From Octopus bimaculoides (lineage: Eukaryota), in the NCBI RefSeq assembly GCF_001194135.2, contig NC_068981.1, positions 58,604,508 through 58,668,507 on the forward strand: a stretch of 64,000 nt of DNA. The letters run 5' to 3'. Each line of letters begins with the position of its first letter. Positions within the stretch are counted from its first letter, which is position 1. Below, piece by piece: positions 12,072-25,435 of the stretch. The translations under genes and the position numbers were made by a program. Under the pieces are notes generated by a model, which ran no database searches, was not told the origin of the DNA, and was given only the letters and a program-made list of their open reading frames with translations.

Positions 12072-14682
12072 CTAGAATATATTGAACTGAATTTTTTTAA
12101 GGGAAAGAAAATGCAGTATCATTGTAAGTGTTTAAACTATTTTAAAATATGGAGATTCAGCTGATAGATATCCCCACTTTACTAATCTTCTTTCCTATCA
12201 TGTCAAATTCAAAGATGTACATAAAAAGTTCAATAGGTTTAATCTAATTTCAGTTTCAGCCTAATTGATTTTTATTAGTTACCTAAATAACTTTTTTTTT
12301 AATTCATGAAATAAAGGGACTCAAGATTATTGACATAATACAGGAATGGTTGGGAAGATTCCTCTAAAACTCCAGCTACCAAATACAGGGTGGACTTGAA
12401 TATGTAAAGTGCATAGCTACAGATTTTGCATCAAATGAATTTAGAGGTATACTTGAAAACCTGTTCAGGTTATCATAGCATAGGTGACTATTAAAGCAAT
12501 AAATGATATTTAGGAACAATTTTCATGTCTTATCAATCTTTTGAGTCAAGACTGATGTCAGAAACTTCAACTCTGCTCCAACTAGATTGCTTGCAATATT
12601 TAAATGTAAAGTAAGGTTTAGAGCAAACCATTTTCTCTTCTTTTCACAGGTGAATTGCATTTGATGAGTTAAGAATCTTAACACTTAGTGTTTTAAAAAT
12701 GTTTCATATGAGAAATTGGTATATCTTGTCCAGTCACTTAATTCCAAATTATTAATGTGCCAATTCAAAATTGCGATTATTTAAGAGCCTCAGTTTGTCG
12801 AATTAGCTTCATAATATAATTACACTAAATTCTAAAAATAATTCTATTTAAAAATATGTTTTGGCTGAATGTAAAAATTGTTTACCAATACTCTTCAAAA
12901 TTGATAAATTTCAGAGCTTAACTACAGATTTCTGAAAATGAATGCACATGACATGAATTGAAGAAGTATTTAGGCTCAAGAGATGTGAAAATACAATATA
13001 AGGTAAGCAAATAGAAAAAATTAGGTTCCTAATGGTAGCATCTTCAAACCTAATGCAAACTTGCCCTATAATAAATATCCTGCACATCTCTACATTGCAA
13101 TTCCTGGTAGTTTCTAAAAAGTGTAAATGTCAGATTTACTAACAAGTCTAATTTCATGTGTTTCAGCAAAGAAGAAGCAAGTTCAATTCCAGTTTTTACC
13201 TTATGTAAGCTTTTGATGTGTCACTTGATGAAATGTGAAGATCACTGAAGAGCATAATTTGCTCTTTAGGGTTGGTCCTTCAATAAAGATGACATTTTTG
13301 AAATTATAAAAAAAAAAAAAAAGCTGAAAGAAAAACTTAAGCAGATAGTTACCCCACCCCATTGGTTTTAGTGTCATATCATTAAAGTGATAATTACAAA
13401 TAAAACGTGGGTGCAGGTATAACTGTGGTGCGAGTCCTCTTCAAAACCACATGGTTCCAGGTTCAATTTCATTCCTACCCAATTCTTACAGTCTGTGTGT
13501 ATTAGTGTGCTATAAAAATTTCTCTAGTAATATCTTATTACACCCAAGGGGATACATATTTCCTTGCATTGAATTATCAAAGCAATGGTGTCAATATAAT
13601 GAATAATAAAACAATAAAGGCAGTGTCCTAATATTACAGCAGCCCAATGATTAAGTATAAAAGCCACAAAATGTGATCTACTAGCTAAATCCCCATATAA
13701 TCAATCACATCCAACTCAATACAACCATTTATCACAAGTCAATCATGCTCATCCAAGACATCACAAGGATGTGAAACTACTTTGCTACACTCAATTCTAA
13801 TATGTAATCTTTTAGGTGCCACAGGTCAAACACTAATACTTACCGTTTACTGGTCCAGAGAACAGCACATATTTTCATAGTAGGGTCAATATTCAGTAAG
13901 CCTTCTACCTGAAGAGGTATTGAGTTAGGAATCAGTTATCCAACCCATGCATGAACACCCTTCCCAAACAATTGCAAATCCAGAACAGAATTATGTAATA
14001 TCACTGTATGCACAAGTCATTAAGTCTTAAGAATTTTAAAACCTTGTATCTCAAGGTCTCAAATATGATTTATGTACATTGTGGTAGAAAGCTTCGTTTG
14101 CAAAAAAAAAAATGAAAAGCAATACAAAATAGATTTTAAATCAGGATTAAGTTCTCAGAACCCACTGAAAGTGTTTACCTCATCAAGACATCAGAGTGTA
14201 ATTACAAATGAATGTCAATTATTCAAATACATCAATAATTAGGTTTTCATATCCTCACCACCACAAACAAAAGTTTGAAAATGATGTAAGGTTGTAAATT
14301 ACTAAGTAAAATTGCGTTCTTTTATTTGCTGTTCACTATTTTTTTATTGCTACACTTTCAAGTCAATACCACAAATGTTACTTTGGATTAAATCTTATCT
14401 TGGAAAAAGGAAGAAAAATGCTAATGTGAAACAAAAACAAAATCAGAAGTAACAACAAAAGGGAACTGCCCATTTGTAAGACAATGATCACAGGTACCTG
14501 GACTTGTGTTCAATCAGATGGTGGAAATTACTCAAGATTTAGGATATGATGCTTAGCTAAAAAAAGAAATGCAACACAGAACTAGCAATTTCTCGCACCG
14601 TATGAGTAAGATATAAGAATTTTAAAATCAGTAATCGAAACCATTTAACATCTAATTTTGTTCTATGCATATAAATTTAAAT

Positions 14683-14946
14683 GAGCAAGATCGTTACCAG
14701 CGTCGCCTTCCTAGCACATGAAGACATTCAAGCGAGGTCGTTACCAGTGCCGCTGAACTGGCTCCTGTGCAGGTGGCACGTAAAAGCACCGACTATATTC
14801 TCAGAGTGGTTGGCGTTAGGAAGGGCATCCAGCTGTAGAAACTGCCAAATCAGACTGGAGCCTGGTGTAGCCATCTGGTTCGCCAGTCCTCAGTCAAATC
14901 GTCCAACCTATGCTAGCATGGAAGGCAGACGTTAAACGATGATGAT
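14683..14946 (+). mobile_element. Same SINE-like family, 3' part
   Basis: High similarity to 40-341. Confidence 0.85.
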
Positions 14947-16829
14947 TGACTTCCATTTTTCTTCTGACTTTGTTATTACTACCCGTTTCAAATCTTACTT
15001 TACCTTAACATTAGATTTAACACACCTGTAAGCTATACTAACAGCATGGTAGGAATGTTTTAATACATCTCATTGGTTGCCGAATGAATGTCAAATCAGA
15101 GGCGACAGTGGTTCAGTCAACCATCTTAGCTTGATAGAAAAATTGAAGTGGCAGAAATCACCGAATTTTATCACATTTACCTCCCCTTGATTTGGAGAAG
15201 TGACCCCGATATTACAATAGATTTACATCCATTATTTGAGGTAAGGATGTGAAGCCTTCTTGCGTCGAGTTGAATAATTAGATATCATTTGTAATAACAC
15301 CCACTTTTCACCTCAGAGAATACACTTTCATAGGGTCCTGGAAGATAATAGTGCTGCCTGACTTTGAACATGATGGTTCAAACAAAAATTTCCAAGATTA
15401 AAACTCACGTATATTTATAAGACAATTGGAAATAAAATAATCACGATTTGAATACACAATTTCACTCATTGTTGCTTGCTTTCATGTAGATGAGTGTGAT
15501 AGTTAAAAAAAATAACTCAAAAGTTTTAGAAAAAAAATTCTAAATTTTCTAGGATGTGTATTATTCCAACTTACTTTATTTACGAGAAGTCTCATTACTT
15601 AGAATGAGGAAAAGTCCAATCTGTTGAAAACAATCACTTAATCGAAATCTTTAGAATTACCAAAAATAAGTTCTGAGCAATATTAGTGGGAACGTAAATA
15701 GGACAGTTTTTCTCAGTATTGGTTAACCAGTAATCAGTGCTTAACCGTTGTCACGAATTTCCCGAGAAATTTCTATCAGTAATTAAAAAGGGGAAGGCAA
15801 TGGCAAACCACCCCAATATCCTTGAAAAGAAAAAACTGAGGAAGCCGGAATGAAGTAATGTTATGACTTCATCCTTAATCGGGAAGACGTGTCATCAACA
15901 TGTCATAAAAAGCGCAAGTACGATTCAAGACGAAGAATTAAAAACTTGGCTTTGTCACTTGGGTATAAATTGAATATACTAAATTGTATACTAGGCTTGT
16001 TATACGTGAGTATGTCATTTATTAAAAACTGCCAAATATTCATGAGCGTGACTGAATGGAAAAAGTTTGTTAAAGTGAAAACATTCCAAGATCCTATCAC
16101 AATTTGGCTTTCACACGTTATATTTTACAGGCGGATCTCGGTGATAGGTACTCATCAGTAGAGTACTTGCGCTTCAAATTAAAAATTTCAGAAAGTTCTT
16201 TTTGATAGCCTCGTATTAGTGCTTTTATGATATTCAAAAAGATGTTTACAAAAATATACTCCCACTGTAAGTTTAGTCACAAGCAACAAGTACTGAAATT
16301 TCATGTAAACCAGAAACGAGACAAACCTTGGCAATCTCCCATAGGCACTAAAACGAGTTATCACGCTAAACTTTAAAATAGATTCAAAGAAAATACATGC
16401 CTGAAAAATAGTCTCAGAAACATGCTAATAGTTTTCACGGTCATTACTGTATATCACCGCGAGTATCAACATTTAACTATCTCCTGAAATATGTGTGAAT
16501 ATCTCCGTTAACAAAAAATACTCTGAAGTGAGGAAAACCAGACGGTCCCATTCTTTCGATATAGCTACCTTTATCTGTCACGGGCGGAAGTCTTTCCTTC
16601 CCAGCTGTTTTGATGGTATTTCGTAAAATTAAAACAGCTGGGAAGGAATGACAAAATATCTACATCGAAAGATTGCCTTTTTGGCATTTCATTTCTCCCA
16701 TTATATTTTCCAACAGCCGGATCCTACCAACCTAGTCATTCTCTCGGGTCTCAGTTGCTAAAAAGTGTGTTTGAAAGGCAGATTGCCATCTTTCCTGCAC
16801 AAGCTGCTATTCCACCAGCACACCAAATG

Positions 16830-17075
16830 GGTCACTATAAAGATCTGCACCCGTGAAGAAAAAAATAAAATAAACCAGCCTGCTGGGCGTTAACAAGTAT
16901 ATACCGAAAATCATGACGGAAAAATCTTATCTTGTGAATTTTCCGAAAGTCTTCCCCACCCCCTCGGGTCGTTAGCGCAAATTTTTTTCATAGTCGTTTT
17001 CTACACTTCTTTTAACACCCAGCAGGCTGGGTTTTTTTTTTTTCTCTTCACGAGCGAAAATCTTTATATTGACCA
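16830..17075. mobile_element. MITE-like element with ~60-bp imperfect terminal inverted repeats
   Basis: GGTCACTATAAAGAT...CCAGCCTGCTGGGCGTTAA versus TTAACACCCAGCAGGCTGG...ATCTTTATATTGACC; no TSD seen. Confidence 0.65.
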
Positions 17076-17744
17076 AATAAACATGGAGCCAGTTCTTTGA
17101 CAAATACTTTACACTGTCATAAACCATGTGTTTATTTACATCACATCGGCATTTTCCGTAAAGTGTTGGAGGGAAAGAGGAAAACGACGTCGTAAGATTG
17201 CTTGATTTCTTTTCAAGTTGGTATGTGTGTAATTTTTTTTTTTTTTTTTAACCGTTACATTTGCCTTCTCGACTGGTTGATATTGACGCGCCTCACGCCC
17301 CCTTGAAATAGATTTTCCCCACAAATTGCTTTATAATCGTAATGTATGCTGTTTGAAGAGTATTTCTATAAAATTTCATTGAAAAAAAAAACGCATTTTT
17401 TCATATTCGTTTCCCACACATTGTTTTACATTCATTCCAGTAATTTTTTTTTTTTGGGGGGGGTCATTTCTGGGTCTATTTTAAACTCAGTTAATAAGGA
17501 ATCAAAAGTTTCTATTAAAATGATACACGTGATGTACAGTAATGCCATGTTTTCAAGACCAAATCGAAAAAAAGGAGACCGAATTTTTTTGTAATTTTTG
17601 TGGTTATATTTAATACACATTTTACAATAAACTTACAAATGAATGCCATGAAAAAAGCTATTGATGGGGATTCAGAAACAAAATATCTTATAATTACCTC
17701 CATATCGAACTTTAGGATCCTTTAGGAACACAAAGGCTTCTTAC

Positions 17745-17779
17745 TACAAAGCGATAGCAACTTGGAAAATTGCTACTAG
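17745..17779 (-). CDS. Putative second exon (LVAIFQVAIAL), completing a signal-peptide-like N-terminus
   Basis: ttgtttcag| ... TA|gtaaga; phase 0 start joins the 18622 exon. Confidence 0.35.
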
Positions 17780-18621
17780 CTGAAACAATGTTTACACAAA
17801 AACGTATACACCAATTAATAGAGTTGAAAAATTTAAAATAAAAACGAATGTGTTATAATTTTAAACGTATTCAACTTCTCTGCTGTTCCCGACAAACGAA
17901 ACAGCATGGCTCTACATGCCTCAACTAGACAAAATAACGAAACCAGCACTGAAGTTGTGTAGCTGGGATAGACTTAAAACCAAGTTAGCAACAATCAACT
18001 GTAGAAAAATTAATTTACCAAAGGGGATTATCTTGTTTTTTTTTTAATGTCAATTTCTGAAAAGGCAATGAAAAGCCAACCTTTAAATCCAGTAGGATAT
18101 CTGTATGCAGGAATCTGGGTCAGGCAAAACGATGTATATAATTAGGAATTTAGTCCAGTCATTAACTGAAAAGAAAGGTTATAAAAGTGTGGCAAATAAT
18201 CATGTTTGGTAGTCTAATTTGCTAATCCTAAGCATTAAAAAGTAATGCGGGGTTTTCTTCCCCACCTTTTTTTTTGGTTACAAGTGAATAAGTTATGCAA
18301 ATATAAATTTAACGTTATCTCACAATTCTTTTTAATTGTAATAATGAGGCAATGAAAAGCCAACCTTAGCGTCCTTTTTTTCTTTTTATATGTATATATT
18401 ATTCCCTACATGACGACAAAACCAAGACAGCAAACTGGCAAGAATTTCTATTTCAGCCGTTGAACTGTGAAAAGAAAATTTAACAGCGAGGAACCAAGAA
18501 AGTTATTTTTATTTTAAGAACTTAAGAGCAAGAAATTTCAAAATTTTATTTAATTCTTATACGTAAACAAAACTAAATATTAAGTGGTTACTTATAGGGT
18601 CAACTACTTGACTTCGCTTAC

Positions 18622-18669
18622 CCAGAAGAAAGAAACCCACAAGTAGTTTGCAATTTCAGTTGAGAGCAT
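18622..18669 (-). CDS. Putative first coding exon of the unidentified minus-strand gene (MLSTEIANYLWVSFFW)
   Basis: ATG downstream of a YY1-type motif; donor TGG|gtaagc; phase 0. Confidence 0.4.
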
Positions 18670-21550
18670 AATCAAATTTCTTCGGTTTTCAAGATGGCGC
18701 AGACTACATCAGCATAATCCGCTAGATAAGAAATAAAAACTGTGAAGAAGTGAGTAAAGCTTTAAAAAACAATCAAAACAAAGCTAATTTTAAGAACAAA
18801 GTGTTTTATTAAAGTTAATAGATCAGAATACATTTTTGTCTTACCAGACAGTGAAAATAGCAAACCAAATTTACGATAAAATTTTCCGAGCATCCATTCA
18901 GAATGAGCAATTTCTCCAAACTGTGCGTCACAATAAGAATTTCTTATTACTACGAGACTGATCACTGAGATCATGCGCATAATATAGTTCCCCTTAAAAA
19001 GCAATTTTATTCAGACTTAATTATATAGTATAGTATAAAATAATTCAAAATATAATAAATAATGTAATATGAGTATTTCTTGAGTTTTAGTATTAAATAA
19101 TATACTTTGTAAGTATAAAATATTACTGGCGGAAGATTATATTTAAACTGGTGATGTACGGTCGACCAAAATCCGCATGACGGAAATAGTCACACTATGC
19201 CAAGCTGCTATTTCCTTATAAGGACATATAGAAATACATTTCTAAAGGTCATGGGTTACAGTGTGACGCAATTATACTTCACAAACAATCGCTTCCATCC
19301 CAGTTTCGATTCTTGGTGTTGCTATTTTGTTTAAATCTATTGAAGTTAGTAATATATATATATATATATATATATTGTGTGTGTGTATCTTTTAAACAGA
19401 CAAACTTTAAACTAAAATTAAACAAACAATCGACTAGTTAGATGGATATTTAACCAATTTAATAATAAAGGAGTGGAATTAAACCAGTGCGTGTGTTAAT
19501 ATTGGCATAATGAATTTCCCTAGACACAACAAAATTTAAACTAAAAATTTTACCATCTACCATCAGCAAAGTCACGGGTGTCGGACTAGTACAATATAAT
19601 TCGTTTATTATAGCGTAATATTAAAAAATATGATTGTCATCAGAATTATGTATATTCATATTGATGACGGTAAATGGCATTTTTGAAACGTCATTCACCC
19701 TTACCTTCCCATTAAATTTAAATCCTTTGTGCCTCTGTAATAAAATTATTAATTGAAGTTATTTGTTGCTATATGCTTTTCAAAATAAACCCAATTCTTA
19801 TTTATTAAGTTACTTTCTGGTTTTATATTTTCTACGTCTTTATGGTACATTCGTCTTAAAAAAGTATTACTTGAAACCAGAGTTCTGCGTAATCTAGAAA
19901 TGGGTGTATAATTAAATTGGGTATGGCAGCAATTAAAACTGATAATTTTCTACCGCCAGTGCAAAAATTATAATAATAAATTGTATTTTCTTTAATCATC
20001 CAAAAGTTAATTATTAAAATTAGTTCTCTTTGTAACCTGATATACAAAATGGCAATTACGACGTGGGTGTATATTTCAGAACACAACTAAATAAATCAAA
20101 GCATTACATTTTTTATAACAACGTATAGTATATTTTACTGTATAATTTATACAAACTGCTAACTACCAACGGGAGTGTGAAACAATAAATCGACGAAATA
20201 AAAAATTCGATATTTATTTTCGTGATGTATTGTTTTCTGTTATATTTTGGTAAGTCATTTAAAAAAGTAGATCAAATATAATTAATACTATTAATACTTT
20301 ATGATGAAAGTTGAATGTTTATATATTTTACTATTTAAAAGTTCAAATACAGAAAATAAAAATTGAAAAACTCATCCTTGTAATATTTTTTTTATGAATG
20401 TTAGTTATAGAATATACTCCGGTGTGAGAATTCACGAAATAACGTCCTCTAAACTATGTAACCTGTGATTGTGTTGGCAGTAGTTTTCCGTCAATATCTA
20501 ATATAATAAATCTACACGAACAAAATAGTGTAATCAGAAAAAAGACGATTACTTCAAGCTAAGTTACACATAGTGCAGATTATAATAAAAATGTTAGCTA
20601 CAAAACATCAAAGATCAGTGTAAATGCAACAGTTACTGTTGGGACTGCCATTTTAGAGAAAATTATGTAGAATCTCGAAAATATGTCAGATGTCTTAACT
20701 CTATATTAAAATGAAAAATGAAATTAAACATTTGATTTATAGAGGAACAGAAGATATAAGGTTACTATGCTATGTTACATGGGAATCAATTTCAATATAA
20801 ATCGATGATATTTACATGGAACTATTTTTATGTTTTTATTTTCTCTAGGTAAAAGTCTATGTTTATAGATGTCTATTAAATCAAGAGCATACCTACACAA
20901 GTATGCCCCACCCCATGGAACTCTTTTCCTTCATAACTTTCGGGAAAATCCCTATTTTTTAATGAAATTTTCTACAAATATCTAGATTGTGACTATAACG
21001 GTATTTGATGGGTTTTGTTTTTATTTTAAATAATTGGTGATAGTATCGCGCACATGTAGACACACATTACATATTTTTTTTTAAATTTCAATTTCCATTT
21101 TATTCCGATGTCAGTATGACTGAGTGTGCACCTAACAATTTTTTTTCTTTTCTTTTTTCTCATAAAACTTCGATACATTTCTATTCGACACCATCTAAAG
21201 GGTATTTATGAAAAATTTCATTTAAAAATACTTATTTTTCTACAAGTTATGAGGAAACAAGTTTGACTCGTGTGAATGTTCTGCAACTCCTCATCTCCCC
21301 GCCATCCGTAAAATTCTTCACAACAATTTCCGTTATAATCGAAATTTACGCCACCGGAGAGGTGTGTAGTAAATTTCATGAAGAAAAATATCTATTTTTC
21401 CTGAAAGTTATGAAGAAACAAAGTCAGGAGCATACATAAATGTATTCCAATTGACCTGATTTTAGTTACAGATGTTTGACACCTTTAGTTGACATTGACC
21501 CTTCAATATTCTAGTTGAAGAACATATTATTCTAATATCTTATAATAAGA

Positions 21551-21900
21551 TCATCATCATCTAACGTCTGTTTCCCATGGGTTAAACGCTTTGACTGGAA
21601 CTGGTAAGCTGGAGAGATGCACTAGGTTCCAGTCTGATTTTTGGCTTGGTTTCTATAACTGAATGACCTTCCTAACGCCAACCACTCCGAGAATATAGTG
21701 GGCGCTTTTTACGCGTCACCAGCATGGTTGCTTTTATGTGTCACTGGCATGGGTGCTTTTACGTGTCACGGGCATAGGTGCTGTTATTTGTCACGGGCAA
21801 GGGTGCTTTTACGTGTCACTGGCACGGGTGCTCTTACATGTCACTGGCACAGGTGCTCTTACGTCTCACTGACACGAGTACTTTTATGTGTCACTATACA
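21551..21900 (-). mobile_element. SINE-like copy with an expanded internal ~25-bp minisatellite (21700-21900)
   Basis: (CAT)n tail at left; about 8 units of GGCACGGGTGCTTTTACGTGTCACT. Confidence 0.8.
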
Positions 21901-21959
21901 AATGTTGTTACATGTCACAGATACCAGGCACAACTCCAATTTCACTTGGTTTGAAGAGT

Positions 21960-23235
21960 GTTCTCAAGCACAGCAAATCAACAAAAGTCACAATCACTTG
22001 TCATCCCTTCCATGAGACCCAACATTTGAAGGTCATGCTTCACCACCTCGTCGCATTCCTATATCTTCCTGGGTGTACCTCTTCCACAGGTACCCTCCAC
22101 AGTTAGAGATTGGTACTTCTTTATGCAGCTGTCCTCATCCATATGCATCACATGATCATACAAGTGCAATTGACTCTCTTGCACACCACATCTGATGTGT
22201 CTTATGCCCAATTTTTCTCTCAAGATGCTTACACTCAGTCGTACATGCACACTAGCATTGCACAATCAGTGAAGCATGCTAGCTTCATTTCTTACAAGCC
22301 TTTGCATGTCCTCTACAGTCACAGCTCGTGTTTCACTGCCATATAGTATGGCTGTCTACACACATGCATCATACAATCTGCCTTTCACTCTAAGGGAGAG
22401 CCCTTTGTTACCAACAAAGGTAGAAGCTCTCTGGATTCTGCTCAGCCAATACTTATTCTAACAGCTACACTCTCAGAGCATCCACCTCTACTGTTTACTT
22501 GGTCACCTAGATAACAAAAGCTATCAACTACTTCTAGGTATCCCTGCCAGGCACTTAATGGAGTCTATTTTCTGCATATTTCTAGTGTTTATTGTACCTG
22601 TGCATCTGCCACACACAAAGACTAGTTTCCCTGTTAACCTTCTGATATTGCTGCACCTTTTGTGTCCATAGCTTGCACTATCTGTACCTCATAGAGTTTC
22701 TACCTACACCTTTTCTACATATCAAGCAGGACCATCTACATGAAGGGATTTGTGATTTGTCTGCTTTCCTTTGCTAAATTAACTCTAAGATTGATTCCAG
22801 ACCTTGCTTCCAGAACTTGTTTCCAGACCTGAAATTTTTTCTGTACTTCTGGTAGTGATTCAGCTGTAAGAACAAGATCAGCATAGAAGAGCTCCCAGGG
22901 GCAGCCTGACTTAAATTCCTGTTATTGCCTGGAGGACTATGATGGACAAGAGAGGGATGAGGATCTACTTGTACACTAAATTCCTCACTATACTCATTGC
23001 TAATCCTCACCTTACTGACAGCGTCCCTGTACATGGCTTATACACCTCTCACCAGCCACTCCTCTATCTCTAGTTTCCACAATGAACACCAGATAAGGGA
23101 GCAGAGGACCCTGTCAAAGGCTTTCCCCATGTCAACAAAAGCCAGATACAGAGGTTTATTTTGGCTAGATACTTTTCCTGTAGCTGCCTTACCTGGAATA
23201 TAGCATCAGTAGTGCTTCTCCCTGGCACAAAAGCA
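21960..23235 (-). mobile_element. RTE-clade LINE fragment (RT and C-terminus), decayed
   Basis: FVPGRSTTDAIFQVRQLQEKYLAK; MYRDAVSKVRISNEYSEEF; homologous to 31740-33560. Confidence 0.88.
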
Positions 23236-23568
23236 TGTAAAGAACGACTGTGCGAACCAAAGGAGAATGACAACGTGCGGGAGAAGGCTCCTTTTAATGC
23301 GTCGCACGGTCAACACAAAACATGTAGTATAACATAAGAGGGCTTGCAATGTGAGACACGAGCGAGTGCCAGCAAGGATCGAGAGAATGAGAGACAACCA
23401 TTAGTTATATATAAAGAGTAGGTTTATTAAGGTAGTCAACTGTGTGTGCGTGCATGCGGCAACATAAACAATACATGACAGGCCTTCATATGAACAATAG
23501 TATGTATACAATAATGTGTGTGTGTGTGTGTGCATGAGAAATACAGCATAGAATAAGTGTCTGTAACA
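23236..23568. mobile_element. Possible solo LTR / LTR fragment
   Basis: TGTAAA...GTAACA ends and AATAAA on the minus strand; no TSD found. Confidence 0.25.
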
Positions 23569-23589
23569 GGTTCTTTCTTTTGCACCAGC

Positions 23590-23895
23590 TTTCATTCTTC
23601 TTCCAACATCATTCTCTTGTTCAAAAAGGGTGATTGCACATCACCTGTCAACTACCATCCAGTCAGTCTTATTAGCTGCATCACCAATCTGATGAAGTCC
23701 TGTGTCAGAGTAACACTCTGAAACTTCTGGAGCTCTCAGTCTTGTTCAACCATCACAATTTGGATTTATCCCTAATTCCAGCTGTTGTAGACATTTCTTC
23801 AAGTTTCTTGAAGACACCACCCAAATCACTGATGGTGATTCACGGGTGGATGTTATCTATCCTGACTTTCCCAAAGCCTTTAATTGTGTGCCACA
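23590..23895 (+). mobile_element. CR1/L2-type LINE RT fragment
   Basis: Translates to HPVSLISC...FGFIP...VDVIYPDFPKAFNCV. Confidence 0.75.
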
Positions 23896-24593
23896 GAATT
23901 TCCTTCTCTTGCAGGAAACCATCAAGGTGCGTGAAAAAGTGGTAGTTGGTAGGAGAAAGGTTTAGGGAATAAACTGGGTGGGGAAGAACTTCGTAGCCAA
24001 GTTCCCTTAACTTCTGGAGCATCATTAGTGAAATGTGTGGTTGAGCATTGTCATGGAGACTGATTGGCCCTCTTCTGTTGACCAATCTGGGACAGGAGTA
24101 GCAGTTTTACATTCATTTTGGCAATTTCATGGCAATATGCTTCTGCAGTAACGGTTTTTCTGGGTTTTAAGAAGTTATAGTGGATGAATCTAGCAGTACA
24201 CCACCAAACAGTTACCATAACCTTCTTTTTGAAGAGCTCAGGTTTAGAGGTTTCAGTGCTTCATTTTGGTCCAACCACTGCAAAGAACATTTTTTATTAT
24301 TGTACAGAATCCACTTTTCATCACAAGTTACAATACGGTCAAGAAATGGATTGGTCTGGTTACAGAGAAGAAACAAGGAGCAAATTTCATATCTCTTTTA
24401 CTTGTTTCAGTCATTTGACTGCGGCCATGCTGGAGCACCGCCTTTAGTCGAGCAAATCGACCCCAGAACTTATTCTTTGTAAGCCTAGTTCTTATTCTAT
24501 CGGTCTCTTTTGCCGAACTGCTAAGTTATGGGGACGTAAACACACCAGCATTGGTTGTCAAGCGATGTTTGGGGGACAAACACAGACACACAA

Positions 24594-24632
<39 letters not shown>

Positions 24633-25200
24633 TATGATGGGCTTCTTTCAGTTTCCGTCTAACAAATCCACTCACAAGGCTTTGGTCAGCTCAAGGCTAT
24701 AGTAGAAGACACTTGCCCAAGGTGCCATACAGTGGGACTGAACCTGGAACCATGTGGTTGGTAAGCAAGCTACTTACCACGCAGCTACTCCTGCGCCTGT
24801 GCATTTTCTAATTTTCATTCAAATCATATGGTATCCATTTGTTGAGCTTTTTGGATTTTCCAATCGCATGCAGTTTTCTGGCTAACTTGAAATTCTTTTC
24901 CCAGTTCTTGAGTGATTTTACATGGATCTTTCTCAATGAGTCTTTAATTGACTATCATTGATGACAAATGGGCGTCCACTACAATCACGATCCTCAAGGC
25001 TCAGGTATCCACTGTGAAATCGTTTAAACTATTTTTGAGCTGACCACTCACTGGTCATTTCCTCACCAAACATTTCGTTGATATCACAAGCAGTTTCAGC
25101 TGCTTTATGTCCTTCTTTGAAGTTGAATAGCAAAACATAAACTCTACACTGAGTAAAGTAGTTGATAAATTGAGCAGAGACACTGCAGGACTTGAGAGAA
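23895..25200 (-). mobile_element. Mariner (Hsmar1-like) transposase remnant interrupted by a SINE
   Basis: LHDNAQPH...LPHPVYSLNLSPTNYHFF (WVPHEL/YSPDL-family region); N-terminal FNFKEGHKAAETACDINEMFGE. Confidence 0.85.
24385..24800 (-). mobile_element. tRNA-derived SINE with CORE-like segment and internal (CA)/(TA) tract
   Basis: Head on minus strand: A-box-like TGGTAAGTAGC, B-box-like GGTTCAGTCCC, then GGCACCTTGGGCAAGTGTCTT. Confidence 0.82.
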
Positions 25201-25396
25201 CTCTTTAGTCTTGTCAAGGGCAAGACAACCATTGTTGTGCTGGTACCATGAAAAATGTGCCAAGCACTCTGTAAAGTAGTTGATATTAAGAAGGGCACCT
25301 GGTCATAGAAACCATGCCAAAATTGAGACACTAGAGCAAGACATGGACCTTCAATCCATCAGATCCTGTCAAACCATCCAACCTATACTATATATG

Positions 25397-25435
<39 letters not shown>

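Noticed and set aside
21700-21900. CRISPR-like array
   Set aside because: Contiguous degenerate units without unique spacers, inside a eukaryotic SINE.
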